Notes: generated from the letters alone by a model not told the origin. DNA of 64,000 nucleotides from an uncultured Actinomycetes bacterium (GCA_903821145.1 CAIJKC010000049.1:23472-87471), one strand, 5' to 3'. Positions 10,563-19,925 are shown, counted from the stretch's first letter. Numbers and translations are program-made.

Positions 10563-11354
10563 ATGCGTATCGTTCGATTCTCACCACCTGCCAGTGCTGG
10601 CCTGGGCACCGATCCCCACTTTGGCGTCCTGAACGATAAAGGTGAAATCCTGGTTATCAAGGGCGATCCGATCTACTCGGGGATCATTCCTACAGAGACC
10701 AAGGTCAATATTGAGGATGTTCGCCTACTAGCGCCGGTAATTCCACGCAGCAAGGTGGTCTGTGTAGGTAAGAACTATGCCGATCATGCCGCTGAGATGA
10801 ACTCAGTTGTTCCAGATGAACCGATCATCTTTCTTAAGCCAAATACCTCGGTGATTGGCCCAGAAGATATTATTCAATGGCCAGCGATGGCTCCCAGCAT
10901 TGATTATGAGGGCGAGCTCGCCATCGTTATCTCGCGCATCTGTAAGGATGTTCCGAAAGAGAAGTATGCAGATGTGATCTATGGCTACACCATCGGCAAC
11001 GATGTGACCTCACGCGAGCTCCAAAAGCGTGATGGACAGTGGATGCGCGCTAAGAGCTTCGACACGTTCTGTCCACTCGGGCCATGGATCGAGACTGAAT
11101 TTGTCCCAGGCTCCCAACGCATCGAGACCGTCGTCGATGGCATTGTGAAGCAATCTGAACCCATCTCATCGATGATCTTTGACATCCCCACCATCATTAA
11201 CTTTGTCTCATCTGTTATGACCTTGCTTCCAGGTGATGTCATCTTGACTGGAACCCCAGCTGGCATCGGTCCGATGGGTGCTGGTGAGAAGGTTGAGATC
11301 TCGATCGAAGGCATTGGCCAACTCACGAATACGGTGAGCGCCCGTGCCAAGTAA
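10563..11354 (+). CDS. Fumarylacetoacetate hydrolase (FAH) family protein
   Basis: VCVGKNYADHAAE, IDYEGELAIVI, GNDVTSRELQ, GTPAGIG motifs of the FAH fold; sits upstream of gltX as in other actinobacteria (from memory). Confidence 0.85.
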   Translation: MRIVRFSPPASAGLGTDPHFGVLNDKGEILVIKGDPIYSGIIPTETKVNIEDVRLLAPVIPRSKVVCVGKNYADHAAEMNSVVPDEPIIFLKPNTSVIGPEDIIQWPAMAPSIDYEGELAIVISRICKDVPKEKYADVIYGYTIGNDVTSRELQKRDGQWMRAKSFDTFCPLGPWIETEFVPGSQRIETVVDGIVKQSEPISSMIFDIPTIINFVSSVMTLLPGDVILTGTPAGIGPMGAGEKVEISIEGIGQLTNTVSARAK

Positions 11355-11370
11355 TACTTCTTCCAACACC

Positions 11371-12831
11371 ATGACGAAAAAAGTTCGCGTTCGCTTCGCG
11401 CCTTCACCCACAGGTGAGCTCCATGTGGGAAATATTCGCACCGCCCTCTTTGATTGGGCCTATGCCAGACACACAGGTGGCTCTTTCATCTTCCGTATTG
11501 AAGATACTGACACTGAGCGCGTTACCCCTGAATATATTCAAGCTGCTATCAATACTTTGAAGTGGCTAGGCCTTGATTGGGATGAGGGTCCTGAAGTGGG
11601 TGGACCTCACGGGCCATACCTTCAGAGCCAGCGGTTAGATAAGTATGCCGAGTGGGCTGCAAAGTTTTTGGCGCAGGGCGATGCCTACCATTGTTACTGC
11701 TCATCAGAGGAGTTAGAGGCGGTAAGAGAGGCACAGCGCAAAGCAAATGTTGCCCCCGGCTACAACGGCCATTGCAGAAACCTCACCGACGATGAGATCG
11801 TGGCCTTTAAAGCAGATGGCCGCAAGCCAGTACTGCGTATGCGGATGCCAGAAGGCTCAACAACCTTTACAGATTTGATCCGTGGCGATGTCACCTTCGA
11901 GCATCAATTTGTTCCAGATTTTGTTCTTGCTCGAAATGACGGCTCACCCCTCTACACCCTTGCTGTGGCCGTAGACGATGTCCTGATGGATGTCACCCAT
12001 GTACTTCGCGGTGAAGATTTACTCTCCTCCACTCCTCGCCAATTGCGGGTCTATGACGCAATGGGTGTGAAACCTGAGGATTATCCACTCTTTGCTCACC
12101 TTCCATTTGTGATGGGCCAAGATAACGCCAAGCTCTCCAAGCGAAATGGTGAAACTTCTATCGCCTGGTATCGCGACGCTGGATATCTACCAGAAGCAAT
12201 TTGTAATTACCTTGCCCTCCTTGGGTGGTCACCAGGAGAGGATCGCGAGAACGTGACGATGAAGGAGCTCACCGAGCTCTTCACAGTAGAGCGCGTCCAT
12301 AGTTCGCCAGCCCGCTTTGATATGAAGAAGTTAGAGGCCATCAATGGTGACAAGATTCGCGCATTGACCCTTGAATCATTCTTTGAATGGTCTATGCCAT
12401 TTCTCACCAAGAGTGGGGTAGCGACCGAATCTGCAACAGATATCGCTCTCGTGAAGAGAGCACTTCCTATTATTCAAGAGCGCATAACGACGCTCAGTGA
12501 GATTCCCGCCTTATTGAACTTCCTCTTTGTGAAAGATTTCGCGATCGAGGCCGAGTCTGCGGCGAAGATCACTGATGAGGCATCCAAGCAGGTGCTTACT
12601 ATTTCCTCAGAGCGTCTTGCTGGGTTAGCCACGTCGGGAACGTGGGATCACGCCTCAATCGAAGCGGTGCTGCGTACTGCTCTCATTGAAGAACTTGGAC
12701 TCAAGCCACGGATTGCCTTTAGCGCCCTTCGCATTGCAGTGACAGGTAGCCATATCTCTCCACCACTCTTTGAATCAATGGAGCTCCTGGGAGCCGAGAA
12801 GTCGTTGGCTCGCATTCGAGGCGCGATCTAA
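11371..12831 (+). CDS. gltX: Glutamate--tRNA ligase
   Basis: RFAPSPTGELHVGNIRTA (HIGH-type motif) and KLSKRNG (KMSKS); ATG 11371 chosen because the track start 11344 overlaps the upstream gene. Confidence 0.93.
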   Translation: MTKKVRVRFAPSPTGELHVGNIRTALFDWAYARHTGGSFIFRIEDTDTERVTPEYIQAAINTLKWLGLDWDEGPEVGGPHGPYLQSQRLDKYAEWAAKFLAQGDAYHCYCSSEELEAVREAQRKANVAPGYNGHCRNLTDDEIVAFKADGRKPVLRMRMPEGSTTFTDLIRGDVTFEHQFVPDFVLARNDGSPLYTLAVAVDDVLMDVTHVLRGEDLLSSTPRQLRVYDAMGVKPEDYPLFAHLPFVMGQDNAKLSKRNGETSIAWYRDAGYLPEAICNYLALLGWSPGEDRENVTMKELTELFTVERVHSSPARFDMKKLEAINGDKIRALTLESFFEWSMPFLTKSGVATESATDIALVKRALPIIQERITTLSEIPALLNFLFVKDFAIEAESAAKITDEASKQVLTISSERLAGLATSGTWDHASIEAVLRTALIEELGLKPRIAFSALRIAVTGSHISPPLFESMELLGAEKSLARIRGAI

Positions 12832-12924
12832 GCCACCTCTGGGTGGGGCAATCGCGTTCGAAAGCTCATCAAAGTTCGGCTATTCTTAGCCCTTCCGAGA
12901 TAGGCGTGAAAACGTCAATTTTGG

Positions 12925-12996
12925 TGGGGTATGGGGTAATTGGCAGCCCAAGTGATTCTGGTTCATTTAGTCTAGGTTCGAGTCCTGGTACCCCAG
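12925..12996 (+). tRNA. tRNA-Gln (anticodon CTG)
   Basis: Hand-folded cloverleaf: acceptor TGGGGTA/TACCCCA, D stem GGGT/GCCC, anticodon stem AGTGA/TCATT with loop TTCTGGT, T arm CTAGG-TTCGAGT-CCTGG; no encoded CCA. Confidence 0.9.
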
Positions 12997-13065
12997 CGAT
13001 AGTTCTTGATCGGTTGAGACCGAATGGGAGCTGTTAAGAAAAAATTACATAGCAAGGAAAACTAG

Positions 13066-13138
13066 GGCCCCGTCGTCTAGCGGCCTAGGACTCTGGCTTC
13101 TCAAGTCAGCTACGAGGGTTCGAATCCCTTCGGGGCTA
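13066..13138 (+). tRNA. tRNA-Glu (anticodon CTC)
   Basis: Hand-folded cloverleaf: acceptor GGCCCCG/CGGGGCT (G1-U72 wobble), GTCT-AGCGGCCTA-GGAC D arm, anticodon stem CTGGC/GTCAG with loop TTCTCAA, T arm GAGGG-TTCGAAT-CCCTT. Confidence 0.88.
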
Positions 13139-13171
13139 CACATGCAGTAACGATGTGTAAAAGATTCAAAG

Positions 13172-13212
13172 AAAAAGGACCGAGAGTTAATTCTCTCGGT
13201 CCTTTTCTCTTT
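13172..13212. terminator. Bidirectional intrinsic terminator (tRNA cluster on +, iclR-type gene on -)
   Basis: GGACCGAGAG-TTAATT-CTCTCGGTCC 10-bp stem flanked by AAAAA on the 5' side and TTTTCTCTTT on the 3' side. Confidence 0.6.
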
Positions 13213-13221
13213 CACATCCTG

Positions 13222-13941
13222 CTATTTGATCTGTGCTAAATACTCAGTAAGCCGTGCAGCTGTGGCTACGACTTGAGCCGCATGAGATCGACCTGGTTGA
13301 CGTCCTAACCGCTCAATAGGGCCACTGATACTGACTGCGGCAATCACTTTATTATTTGGTCCGCGCACTGGTGCAGATACTGATGCAACGCCCACTTCGC
13401 GCTCACCCACTGATTGGGCCCAACCACGACGACGTACCGCTGAAAGTGAAGCGGGGGTAAAGAGTGAACCAGTGAGGCCGCGACGCAACTTCTCAGGGTC
13501 TTCCCACGCTAAGAGAATTTGGGCGGCAGATCCGGCCTGCATCGTCAGTACTGTCCCAACAGGAACGGAGTCGCGCAATCCACTCATGCGCTCTGCTGTT
13601 GCCACACAGACTCGTTGATCGCCTTGGCGACGATAAAGCTGTGCACTCTCTGATGTCGCATCCCGCAGTGCTGTCAGAGCAGGAGCGGCGATAGCAAGTA
13701 AGCGGTCTTCACCGGCAGCAGCAGCAAGTTCACCTGAGCGTGGTCCTAATGTGAAGCGGCCCATGAGATCGCGGGTGAGCATGCGGTGAAATTCGAGAGC
13801 AACGGCGAGTCGGTGAGCGGTGGGGCGTGCGATTCCAGTTGCGGCAACAAGTTCAGTGAGGGAGTGTGGCCCTGATTCCAAGGTGGCCATAATCTTCACG
13901 GCTTTATTTAGTACGCCGACTCCGCTATTCTTTTTGTCCAT
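13222..13941 (-). CDS. IclR-family transcriptional regulator (LtbR-like, divergent from leuCD)
   Basis: N-terminal wHTH ([22 protein letters not shown]) and C-terminal IclR effector domain; divergent leuC neighbour as for Corynebacterium LtbR. Confidence 0.85.
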   Translation of the reverse strand: MDKKNSGVGVLNKAVKIMATLESGPHSLTELVAATGIARPTAHRLAVALEFHRMLTRDLMGRFTLGPRSGELAAAAGEDRLLAIAAPALTALRDATSESAQLYRRQGDQRVCVATAERMSGLRDSVPVGTVLTMQAGSAAQILLAWEDPEKLRRGLTGSLFTPASLSAVRRRGWAQSVGEREVGVASVSAPVRGPNNKVIAAVSISGPIERLGRQPGRSHAAQVVATAARLTEYLAQIK

Positions 13942-13953
13942 ACTCTAATACTG

Positions 13954-13974
13954 GCATCTCGAAATGCGAGATGC
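13954..13974. promoter_or_regulatory. Perfect palindrome GCATCTCG-N5-CGAGATGC in the iclR/leuC divergent spacer (candidate operator)
   Basis: Read directly from the sequence; lies 13 nt from the iclR start and 34 nt from the leuC start. Confidence 0.4.
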
Positions 13975-14007
13975 AACTATTGGGGCAGAAGAGGGCACGG
14001 AGGACTT

Positions 14008-15405
14008 ATGGGAAAGACACTTGCAGAGAAGATCTGGGCTGACCACATTGTCAGTAGCGCTGCTAACGAACCAGACCTGCTGTATATCGACCTTCATCTG
14101 ATCCATGAAGTGACGAGCCCACAAGCCTTTGATGGTCTTCGCCTAGCAGGACGCCCAGTTCGACGTCCGGATCTCACGATCGCAACTGAGGATCACAACG
14201 TTCCTACACTCAATATTGATCAACCAATTGCAGACCCTGTCTCCAAGTTGCAGGTGGATACCCTTCGTGCGAACTGCAAAGAATTTGGCGTCCGTATTCA
14301 CTCACTTGGCGATTCACAGCAAGGAATCGTTCACGTCGTTGGACCACAACTTGGTATTACTCAGCCAGGAATGACCATTGTCTGCGGAGATTCGCACACA
14401 TCAACTCATGGTGCCTTCGGTGCTCTCGCCTTCGGTATTGGTACATCAGAAGTTGAACATGTTCTTGCTACTCAGACTTTGCCGTTGATCCGACCAAAGA
14501 CCATGGCAATCAATGTTGAGGGAACGCTTAAAGAGGGCGTCACCTCCAAAGATATTATTTTGGCAATCATTGCAAAGATCGGCACTGGCGGGGGACAGGG
14601 TTATGTTCTCGAGTATCGAGGATCAGCCATACGCGCACTCTCTATGGAAGGTCGCATGACGGTGTGCAATATGTCCATTGAGGCAGGAGCTCGTGCTGGA
14701 CTTATCGCGCCAGATGAGACCACCTTTGCTTACGTGAACGATAAGCCACATGCACCTCAAGGTGCTGATTGGGATGCTGCTGTGGCGTATTGGAAGACAC
14801 TGCAGAGCGATGCCGATGCAGTCTTTGATAAAGAGATCACCATCAATGCCGATGATCTAGAACCATTTGTTACGTGGGGTACAAACCCCGGCCAAGGCTT
14901 GCCACTTAATGCTGTTGTTCCAAATCCAGCAGATATTGCAGATGCCGAAGAACGCGGAGCGGCAGAGCGGGCGCTCACGTATATGGGTCTTGTAGCTGGC
15001 ACCCCATTGAAATCGATCTCCGTCGATACTGTTTTTCTTGGCTCATGCACCAATGGCCGGATTGAGGATCTGCGTGCTGCTGCGGCAGTGCTGAAGGGGA
15101 AGAAGATTGCTTCGACTCTTCGCCTCTTAGTGGTCCCAGGATCAGCAAAGGTTCGACTACAAGCAGAATCTGAAGGACTAGACCAAATCTTCTTGGATGC
15201 GGGCGCTGAATGGCGCAATGCCGGATGCTCCATGTGTTTAGGAATGAACCCTGATCAGCTCAAGCCGCAAGAGCGTGCTGCTTCAACATCCAACCGAAAC
15301 TTTGAAGGACGTCAGGGTAAGGGCGGTCGCACACATCTTGTGAGCCCACTCGTCGCCGCCGCTACCGCAATCCGCGGAACTCTCTCATCACCATCAGATT
15401 TGTAA
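14008..15405 (+). CDS. leuC: 3-isopropylmalate dehydratase large subunit
   Basis: Aconitase-family motifs ([29 protein letters not shown]); 465 aa. Confidence 0.97.
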   Translation: MGKTLAEKIWADHIVSSAANEPDLLYIDLHLIHEVTSPQAFDGLRLAGRPVRRPDLTIATEDHNVPTLNIDQPIADPVSKLQVDTLRANCKEFGVRIHSLGDSQQGIVHVVGPQLGITQPGMTIVCGDSHTSTHGAFGALAFGIGTSEVEHVLATQTLPLIRPKTMAINVEGTLKEGVTSKDIILAIIAKIGTGGGQGYVLEYRGSAIRALSMEGRMTVCNMSIEAGARAGLIAPDETTFAYVNDKPHAPQGADWDAAVAYWKTLQSDADAVFDKEITINADDLEPFVTWGTNPGQGLPLNAVVPNPADIADAEERGAAERALTYMGLVAGTPLKSISVDTVFLGSCTNGRIEDLRAAAAVLKGKKIASTLRLLVVPGSAKVRLQAESEGLDQIFLDAGAEWRNAGCSMCLGMNPDQLKPQERAASTSNRNFEGRQGKGGRTHLVSPLVAAATAIRGTLSSPSDL

Positions 15406-15415
15406 GGAGCGAACA

Positions 15416-16015
15416 ATGGAAAAATTTATTACCCATCGTGGAACTGCCATTCCATTGCGCCGAAGCAATGTAGACACAGATCAGATCATTCCTGCTGTTT
15501 ACCTCAAGCGCGTAACAAAGAGTGGTTTTGAAGATGGCCTCTTCTCTGCCTGGCGCAGTGATCCTGAGTTTGTTCTCAATAATCCTTCCTATGCAGGTGC
15601 AACAATTTTGGTTGCTGGTCCAGATTTTGGTACCGGATCATCACGTGAGCATGCAGTCTGGGCGCTCCAGAACTATGGCTTTAAAGTCGTTCTCTCGAGT
15701 CGCTTTGCAGATATCTTCCGTGGTAACTCTCAAAAAGCTGGGCTCTTGACGATCATCCTTGCGCAGGAGGTTATTGAAGAGATCTGGCAGAAGATTGAGG
15801 CAGATCCGCAGCTTGCCCTCACCGTGAATTTGGAGGCGAAGAGCGTCACCTACGGTGAGACCTCGCACTCATTCCAGATCGATGATTACACCCGCTGGCG
15901 TCTGATGGAAGGCCTTGATGACATTGGTTTGACGCTCAAAAAGATCGATCAGGTAGGCGCATTTGAGTCAGAGCGTGCCTCATATAAGCCTAAAACCCTT
16001 CCTGCGCTTCAATAA
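15416..16015 (+). CDS. leuD: 3-isopropylmalate dehydratase small subunit
   Basis: [13 protein letters not shown] swivel-domain motif; directly follows leuC. Confidence 0.96.
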   Translation: MEKFITHRGTAIPLRRSNVDTDQIIPAVYLKRVTKSGFEDGLFSAWRSDPEFVLNNPSYAGATILVAGPDFGTGSSREHAVWALQNYGFKVVLSSRFADIFRGNSQKAGLLTIILAQEVIEEIWQKIEADPQLALTVNLEAKSVTYGETSHSFQIDDYTRWRLMEGLDDIGLTLKKIDQVGAFESERASYKPKTLPALQ

Positions 16016-16026
16016 TTAGGCCTCAA

Positions 16027-16070
16027 GAGAGAAACTCTCAACACTATGTTGAGAGTTTTTCTCCACTTTT
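16027..16070 (+). terminator. Intrinsic terminator after leuD
   Basis: AAACTCTCAACA-CTA-TGTTGAGAGTTT 12-bp perfect stem (extendable), followed by a T-rich tract (TTCTCCACTTTTT). Confidence 0.55.
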
Positions 16071-16199
16071 TATGCGTAAAAAATAAGATTTTTACCGCGA
16101 CACACCGAGCGGTATAACCCGCTACTCTCACCACTCTGCGTAGATTTCTCACAGCGTTAAGCGAATGCTTAACAATTTACGCGTAATAAGGGGAATTTA

Positions 16200-16661
16200 A
16201 TGAACAAGGCCCAGTTCATCGCATACTTGGCACCACACTTTGGTGACAACAAGAAAGAAGCAGCTCGCGCTGTAGATATCGTCTTTGATGCAATCGTCCG
16301 CAACATCTCTAAGGGTGACGATGTAATGATCAATGACTTCGGTAAGTTTAAGAAGGTTGACCGCGCTGCTCGTAAGGGCCGCAACCCATTCACTGGTGAA
16401 ACAATCCAGATCAAGGCAAGTAAGAAGGTTCGTTTCCTTCCTGCAAAGGCTCTCAAGGAGATCATCTCTGGCGCACGCAAGATGGATCCAGCTCCAAAGC
16501 CTCCTGTAAAGGTTGTTGCTAAGCCTGCTGCTAAGAAGGCTCCAGCGAAGAAGGCAGCTCCAAAGAAGGCCGCTAAGAAGGTTGTCAAGAAGGCCGTCAA
16601 GAAAGCTCCTGCTAAGAAGACAGCCAAGAAGGTTGTTAAGAAGGCTGCGAAGCGCAAGTAG
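16200..16661 (+). CDS. hupB: Nucleoid-associated HU protein with Lys/Ala-rich histone-like C-terminal tail (HupB/Hlp type)
   Basis: First ~90 aa are an HU fold (MNKAQFIAYLA, GRNPFTGETIQI arm); last ~55 aa are PAKKA/KKAV repeats. Confidence 0.93.
   Translation: MNKAQFIAYLAPHFGDNKKEAARAVDIVFDAIVRNISKGDDVMINDFGKFKKVDRAARKGRNPFTGETIQIKASKKVRFLPAKALKEIISGARKMDPAPKPPVKVVAKPAAKKAPAKKAAPKKAAKKVVKKAVKKAPAKKTAKKVVKKAAKRK
16491..16658 (+). repeat. Degenerate AAGAAGGC(N)-type coding repeats encoding the PAKKA/KKAV tail of HU
   Basis: Direct reading of the DNA and its translation. Confidence 0.7.
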
Positions 16662-16678
16662 TTCACTCTTAAAGGAAA

Positions 16679-16706
16679 GGGGGCCAGCGATGGTCCCCTT
16701 TTTTAT
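16679..16706 (+). terminator. Intrinsic terminator after hupB
   Basis: GGGGGCC-AGCGAT-GGTCCCC stem (one G-U pair) followed by TTTTTTATT. Confidence 0.6.
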
Positions 16707-16744
16707 TGCCACAAAACTCTTTCGATCACCACTATCCTTAAACA

Positions 16745-17566
16745 ATGAGTGCGAGTGAACCGAGCATGGTGATTGAGTACGCGCCTCCCACCGGCAAACC
16801 TTTGGGTACAAATAACTATTTTCGTTTCGGTGCCAGCATTGTGCTGCCACTGTTGCGGCTCGTGGCCAAGCGCGATTGGCGCGGTATGGAAAATCTTCCA
16901 CAGAGCGGGCCAGTAATTGTTGTCTCCAACCACATCTCGTACCTAGATCCACTTGTCTTCGCGCACTTTCTTTATAAGAACGGAAGAGCGCCACGCTTTC
17001 TTGGCAAGGCTGGCCTCTTTAAGATTCCTGTTATAGGTCGCATCATTGCCGGCTCTGGACAGGTTCCGGTTGAACGAGAGACGGCGAATGCATCAAATGC
17101 ACTCGTGCATGCTGTTGCCTTTCTCAAAGCCGGACATTGCTTAGGTGTCTACCCAGAAGGAACACTCACACGTGATGTGAATACCTGGCCGATGAAAGCC
17201 AAGACAGGAATTGCCAGACTTGCGATTATGGCCCAGGTTCCGGTCATTCCCTGTGCTCAATGGGGAGCCCAAGAGATTTTGCCCACCTACAGCAAGCGAC
17301 CCCACCTCTTCCCACGTAAAACGGTGAGTGTCTGGGCTGGCAAGCCTTTGGAATTCACACGCTGGGCTGGGCGTGAGAATGATCCCATCGCGCTCGAGGA
17401 GGCGACCGCTTACGTGATGGCAGCAATTACGAGAGAATTAGAGGTGATTCGAGGCGAGAGTGCACCGGCGCAGATCTTTGATCCGCACCAGTCCGACCTT
17501 CCTAGAATTGGAAATTATAAAAGGGCCGCCCGGAGTGCGGGTAAAAGGAAGAGGGGAGAGCGCTAA
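16745..17566 (+). CDS. plsC: 1-acyl-sn-glycerol-3-phosphate acyltransferase family protein
   Basis: VVSNHISYLD (HX4D) and VYPEGTLTRD motifs; immediately upstream of gpsA. Confidence 0.85.
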   Translation: MSASEPSMVIEYAPPTGKPLGTNNYFRFGASIVLPLLRLVAKRDWRGMENLPQSGPVIVVSNHISYLDPLVFAHFLYKNGRAPRFLGKAGLFKIPVIGRIIAGSGQVPVERETANASNALVHAVAFLKAGHCLGVYPEGTLTRDVNTWPMKAKTGIARLAIMAQVPVIPCAQWGAQEILPTYSKRPHLFPRKTVSVWAGKPLEFTRWAGRENDPIALEEATAYVMAAITRELEVIRGESAPAQIFDPHQSDLPRIGNYKRAARSAGKRKRGER

Positions 17567-17568
17567 CA

Positions 17569-18567
17569 ATGAAGAGCACTGTCCTTGGTACTGGTGCATG
17601 GGGAACAACCCTTGCCCAAATAATTGTCGATGCAGGCCATGAAGTTCTCCTCTGGGGTCGTAATGTCTCAGTGGTGGATGAGATCAATGCTGCGCATACA
17701 AACGAAAAATTTCTTCCTTCAATAGCGCTGCCAGAAGAAGTGCGCGCAACCTCCGATTTAGCTGCAGCTCTCTCCTATTCAGATCTCATCATCGTCGCAA
17801 TTCCTGCACAAACTTTGCGTGAGAATTTGCAGAGTTGGTTACCTCATCTCACCTCGCAAAAACGTTTGATAAGCACCCTTAAAGGAATTGAAGCTGGAAC
17901 ACACTCTCGAATGACTGAGATCATGGTGGATGAGCTCAATCTCTCGTTGGACTCCATCGGGCTACTTACTGGCCCTAACCTGGCGGGTGAGTTAAGCCTG
18001 CGACAACCAGCAGGGGCGGTAGCTGCGTCAACGAACCCATTAATTGTCAATGAATTGATTGAACTCTTCACAAATCCTTATTTTCGCGTGTATCCATCAC
18101 AGGATCTTGTTGGATGTGAATTAGCTGGAGCCACTAAATCTGTGATCGCACTCGCTGTTGGAATGGCGATTGGACTGGGATATGGCGAGAACACACAGTC
18201 AATGATTATTACTCGTGGTCTTGGAGAAGTGGCTCGCTTCGGAATTGGGTATGGCGCAGACCCGCTCACAAATCTCGGACTAGCCGGAATGGGTGACTTG
18301 GTTGCAAGTTGTGGCTCAGCGCTCTCACGCAATCGCACATTCGGTGAAGCGCTTGGTCGCACTGGCTCAATGAGTGAGGCGAGTGTGATCATGCCAAAGA
18401 CGGTGGAGGGCGTTGCATCTGCACGCTCGATCCGCGAATTGGCGCACCGAGTCGGTGTTGAAGTCCCGATTATTGAAGTTGTCTCTGATGTTGTCTCTGG
18501 GAGTATGACTCCAGCGGCGGCCATGGAGCACCTGAAGACTGTGAGCCTGCGAGCAGAGCTTTCATGA
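17569..18567 (+). CDS. gpsA: NAD(P)H-dependent glycerol-3-phosphate dehydrogenase
   Basis: VLGTGAWGTTLA Rossmann motif, GPNLAGE, KGIE motifs; 332 aa. Confidence 0.93.
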   Translation: MKSTVLGTGAWGTTLAQIIVDAGHEVLLWGRNVSVVDEINAAHTNEKFLPSIALPEEVRATSDLAAALSYSDLIIVAIPAQTLRENLQSWLPHLTSQKRLISTLKGIEAGTHSRMTEIMVDELNLSLDSIGLLTGPNLAGELSLRQPAGAVAASTNPLIVNELIELFTNPYFRVYPSQDLVGCELAGATKSVIALAVGMAIGLGYGENTQSMIITRGLGEVARFGIGYGADPLTNLGLAGMGDLVASCGSALSRNRTFGEALGRTGSMSEASVIMPKTVEGVASARSIRELAHRVGVEVPIIEVVSDVVSGSMTPAAAMEHLKTVSLRAELS

Positions 18568-19583
18568 AGAAGGTCATTGTTCTATGCGGGGGAGAGAGCA
18601 GCGAGCATGAGATCTCATGCATCTCAGCCGGTGCTATTTTGCACGCTATCGATCGTTCACTGTTTGAGCCAATACTGATTGGAATTACAAAGAGTGGTGA
18701 CTGGGTAATACCTGCAGCCGATCAAGTGCTCTCAATTATTGATGGCGTGCTCCCAGAGATCAAGGGTGGCACTGTCAAAACTATCTCAGAAATCCTGACC
18801 GAGATTGCCCCCGATGTTCTCTTCCCTATTCTGCACGGACCCTACGGAGAAGATGGCACCATTCAGGGGCTCTTAGAAGTGGCTGGAGTTCGCTATGTTG
18901 GTTCTGGAGTTCTAGCAAGCGCTGTTGCGATGGATAAATCTTTTGCCAAGCCCATCTTTGCCGCTCATGGATTACAGGTTGCACCGGGAATGGTGATCCA
19001 CCAGCGTGACTGGAATGGCAAGGTCGATATCGGCACTCTCTCCTACCCACTCTTTGTGAAACCAGCACGCGGAGGATCAAGTCGAGGGACGACAAAAGTG
19101 AAGAGCGCCGAACACTTAGTGGCAGCTATCGATGAGGCCCTTACTTTTGATACCAAAGTGATGATTGAAGAAGCAATTGTTGGACGTGAGATCGAGTGCG
19201 CCGTTCTTCAAATAGATGGTGTGGCCAAGGCATCACCACTTGGTGAAATCACACTCGACCCACGCTTTGAGTTCTATGACTTTGAAGCGAAGTACTTGGA
19301 TGGTTCGACACAAGTCGTTCTGCCAAAAGATTTACCAGAAGCAATGATTCAGGGAGCTGCGATTTCAGCCTTCAACGCTCTTGGTTGTGAAGGACTGGCT
19401 CGAGTGGACTTCTTCTACTCCAGCGCTGGTGAGTTGATCATCAATGAGATCAACACTATGCCGGGCTTCACATCGACGTCGGTATTTCCAAAGCTCTGGT
19501 CAGAGGCCGGCAAGGATTACACGACTCTGATCTCAGATCTTTTGCAGGCAGCTCTCTCGCGAAGTGCGAGTGTGACGCGCTAG
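18564..19583 (+). CDS. ddl: D-alanine--D-alanine ligase
   Basis: GGESSEHEIS, HGPYGEDGTIQGLLE, ATP-grasp C-terminus (EINTMPGFT); ATGA overlap with gpsA. Confidence 0.93.
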   Translation: MKKVIVLCGGESSEHEISCISAGAILHAIDRSLFEPILIGITKSGDWVIPAADQVLSIIDGVLPEIKGGTVKTISEILTEIAPDVLFPILHGPYGEDGTIQGLLEVAGVRYVGSGVLASAVAMDKSFAKPIFAAHGLQVAPGMVIHQRDWNGKVDIGTLSYPLFVKPARGGSSRGTTKVKSAEHLVAAIDEALTFDTKVMIEEAIVGREIECAVLQIDGVAKASPLGEITLDPRFEFYDFEAKYLDGSTQVVLPKDLPEAMIQGAAISAFNALGCEGLARVDFFYSSAGELIINEINTMPGFTSTSVFPKLWSEAGKDYTTLISDLLQAALSRSASVTR

Positions 19584-19609
19584 TCGCTACCTCTTGAGCT
19601 CTCGACTTC

Positions 19610-19852
19610 TTAGAGAGCACCGCTTGTCACAGGGCAGGTGAGTGTGCGAGAGATGCCAGGAACGCTCTGCACCTTGGCCAAGATGGTCCGACCAAACTCC
19701 TCCATACTCGGAGCCTCGGCTCGCATAATCACATCGTAAGGTCCGGTAACGCCTTCTGCCAGGGTCACACCTGGGATCGCCGAGATTGCTTGGGCGACGC
19801 TATTTGCCTTGCCGATATCAGTTTGGATCAAGATGTATGCGTGAATGCTCAT
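19610..19852 (-). CDS. Stand-alone Lrp/AsnC ligand-binding (RAM) domain protein, 80 aa
   Basis: beta-alpha-beta-beta-alpha-beta pattern (AYILIQTD...VTGPYDVIMRAEA...) typical of AsnC_trans_reg; no HTH. Confidence 0.75.
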   Translation of the reverse strand: MSIHAYILIQTDIGKANSVAQAISAIPGVTLAEGVTGPYDVIMRAEAPSMEEFGRTILAKVQSVPGISRTLTCPVTSGAL

Positions 19853-19925
19853 GCGATTAGGCTACCGTTCTGGCAAGCAATTGAGAAGATCGAAGAACCG
19901 AGAAAACAGGAGAGAGGTGGCGTTG

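Noticed and set aside
12843-13037. 64-aa ORF downstream of gltX
   Set aside because: It fully contains the tRNA-Gln gene (12925-12996), so the open frame is coincidental.
14757-15233. 158-aa minus-strand ORF inside leuC
   Set aside because: It is antisense to leuC, has Arg/Ser/Ala-rich composition typical of a shadow ORF, and shows no start context.
16197-16994. 265-aa ORF on the minus strand spanning hupB and the start of plsC
   Set aside because: It is antisense to two well-supported genes. The open frame is a by-product of the AAG/GCT (Lys/Ala) codon repeats in the HU tail, which read as Leu/Phe/Ala on the opposite strand. It has no recognisable domain or RBS.
19853-19925. Possible TPP riboswitch upstream of thiL
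   Set aside because: The spacer is only 73 nt and lacks the conserved CUGAGA / ACCUGA TPP-aptamer elements. thiL is also not a usual TPP-riboswitch target.
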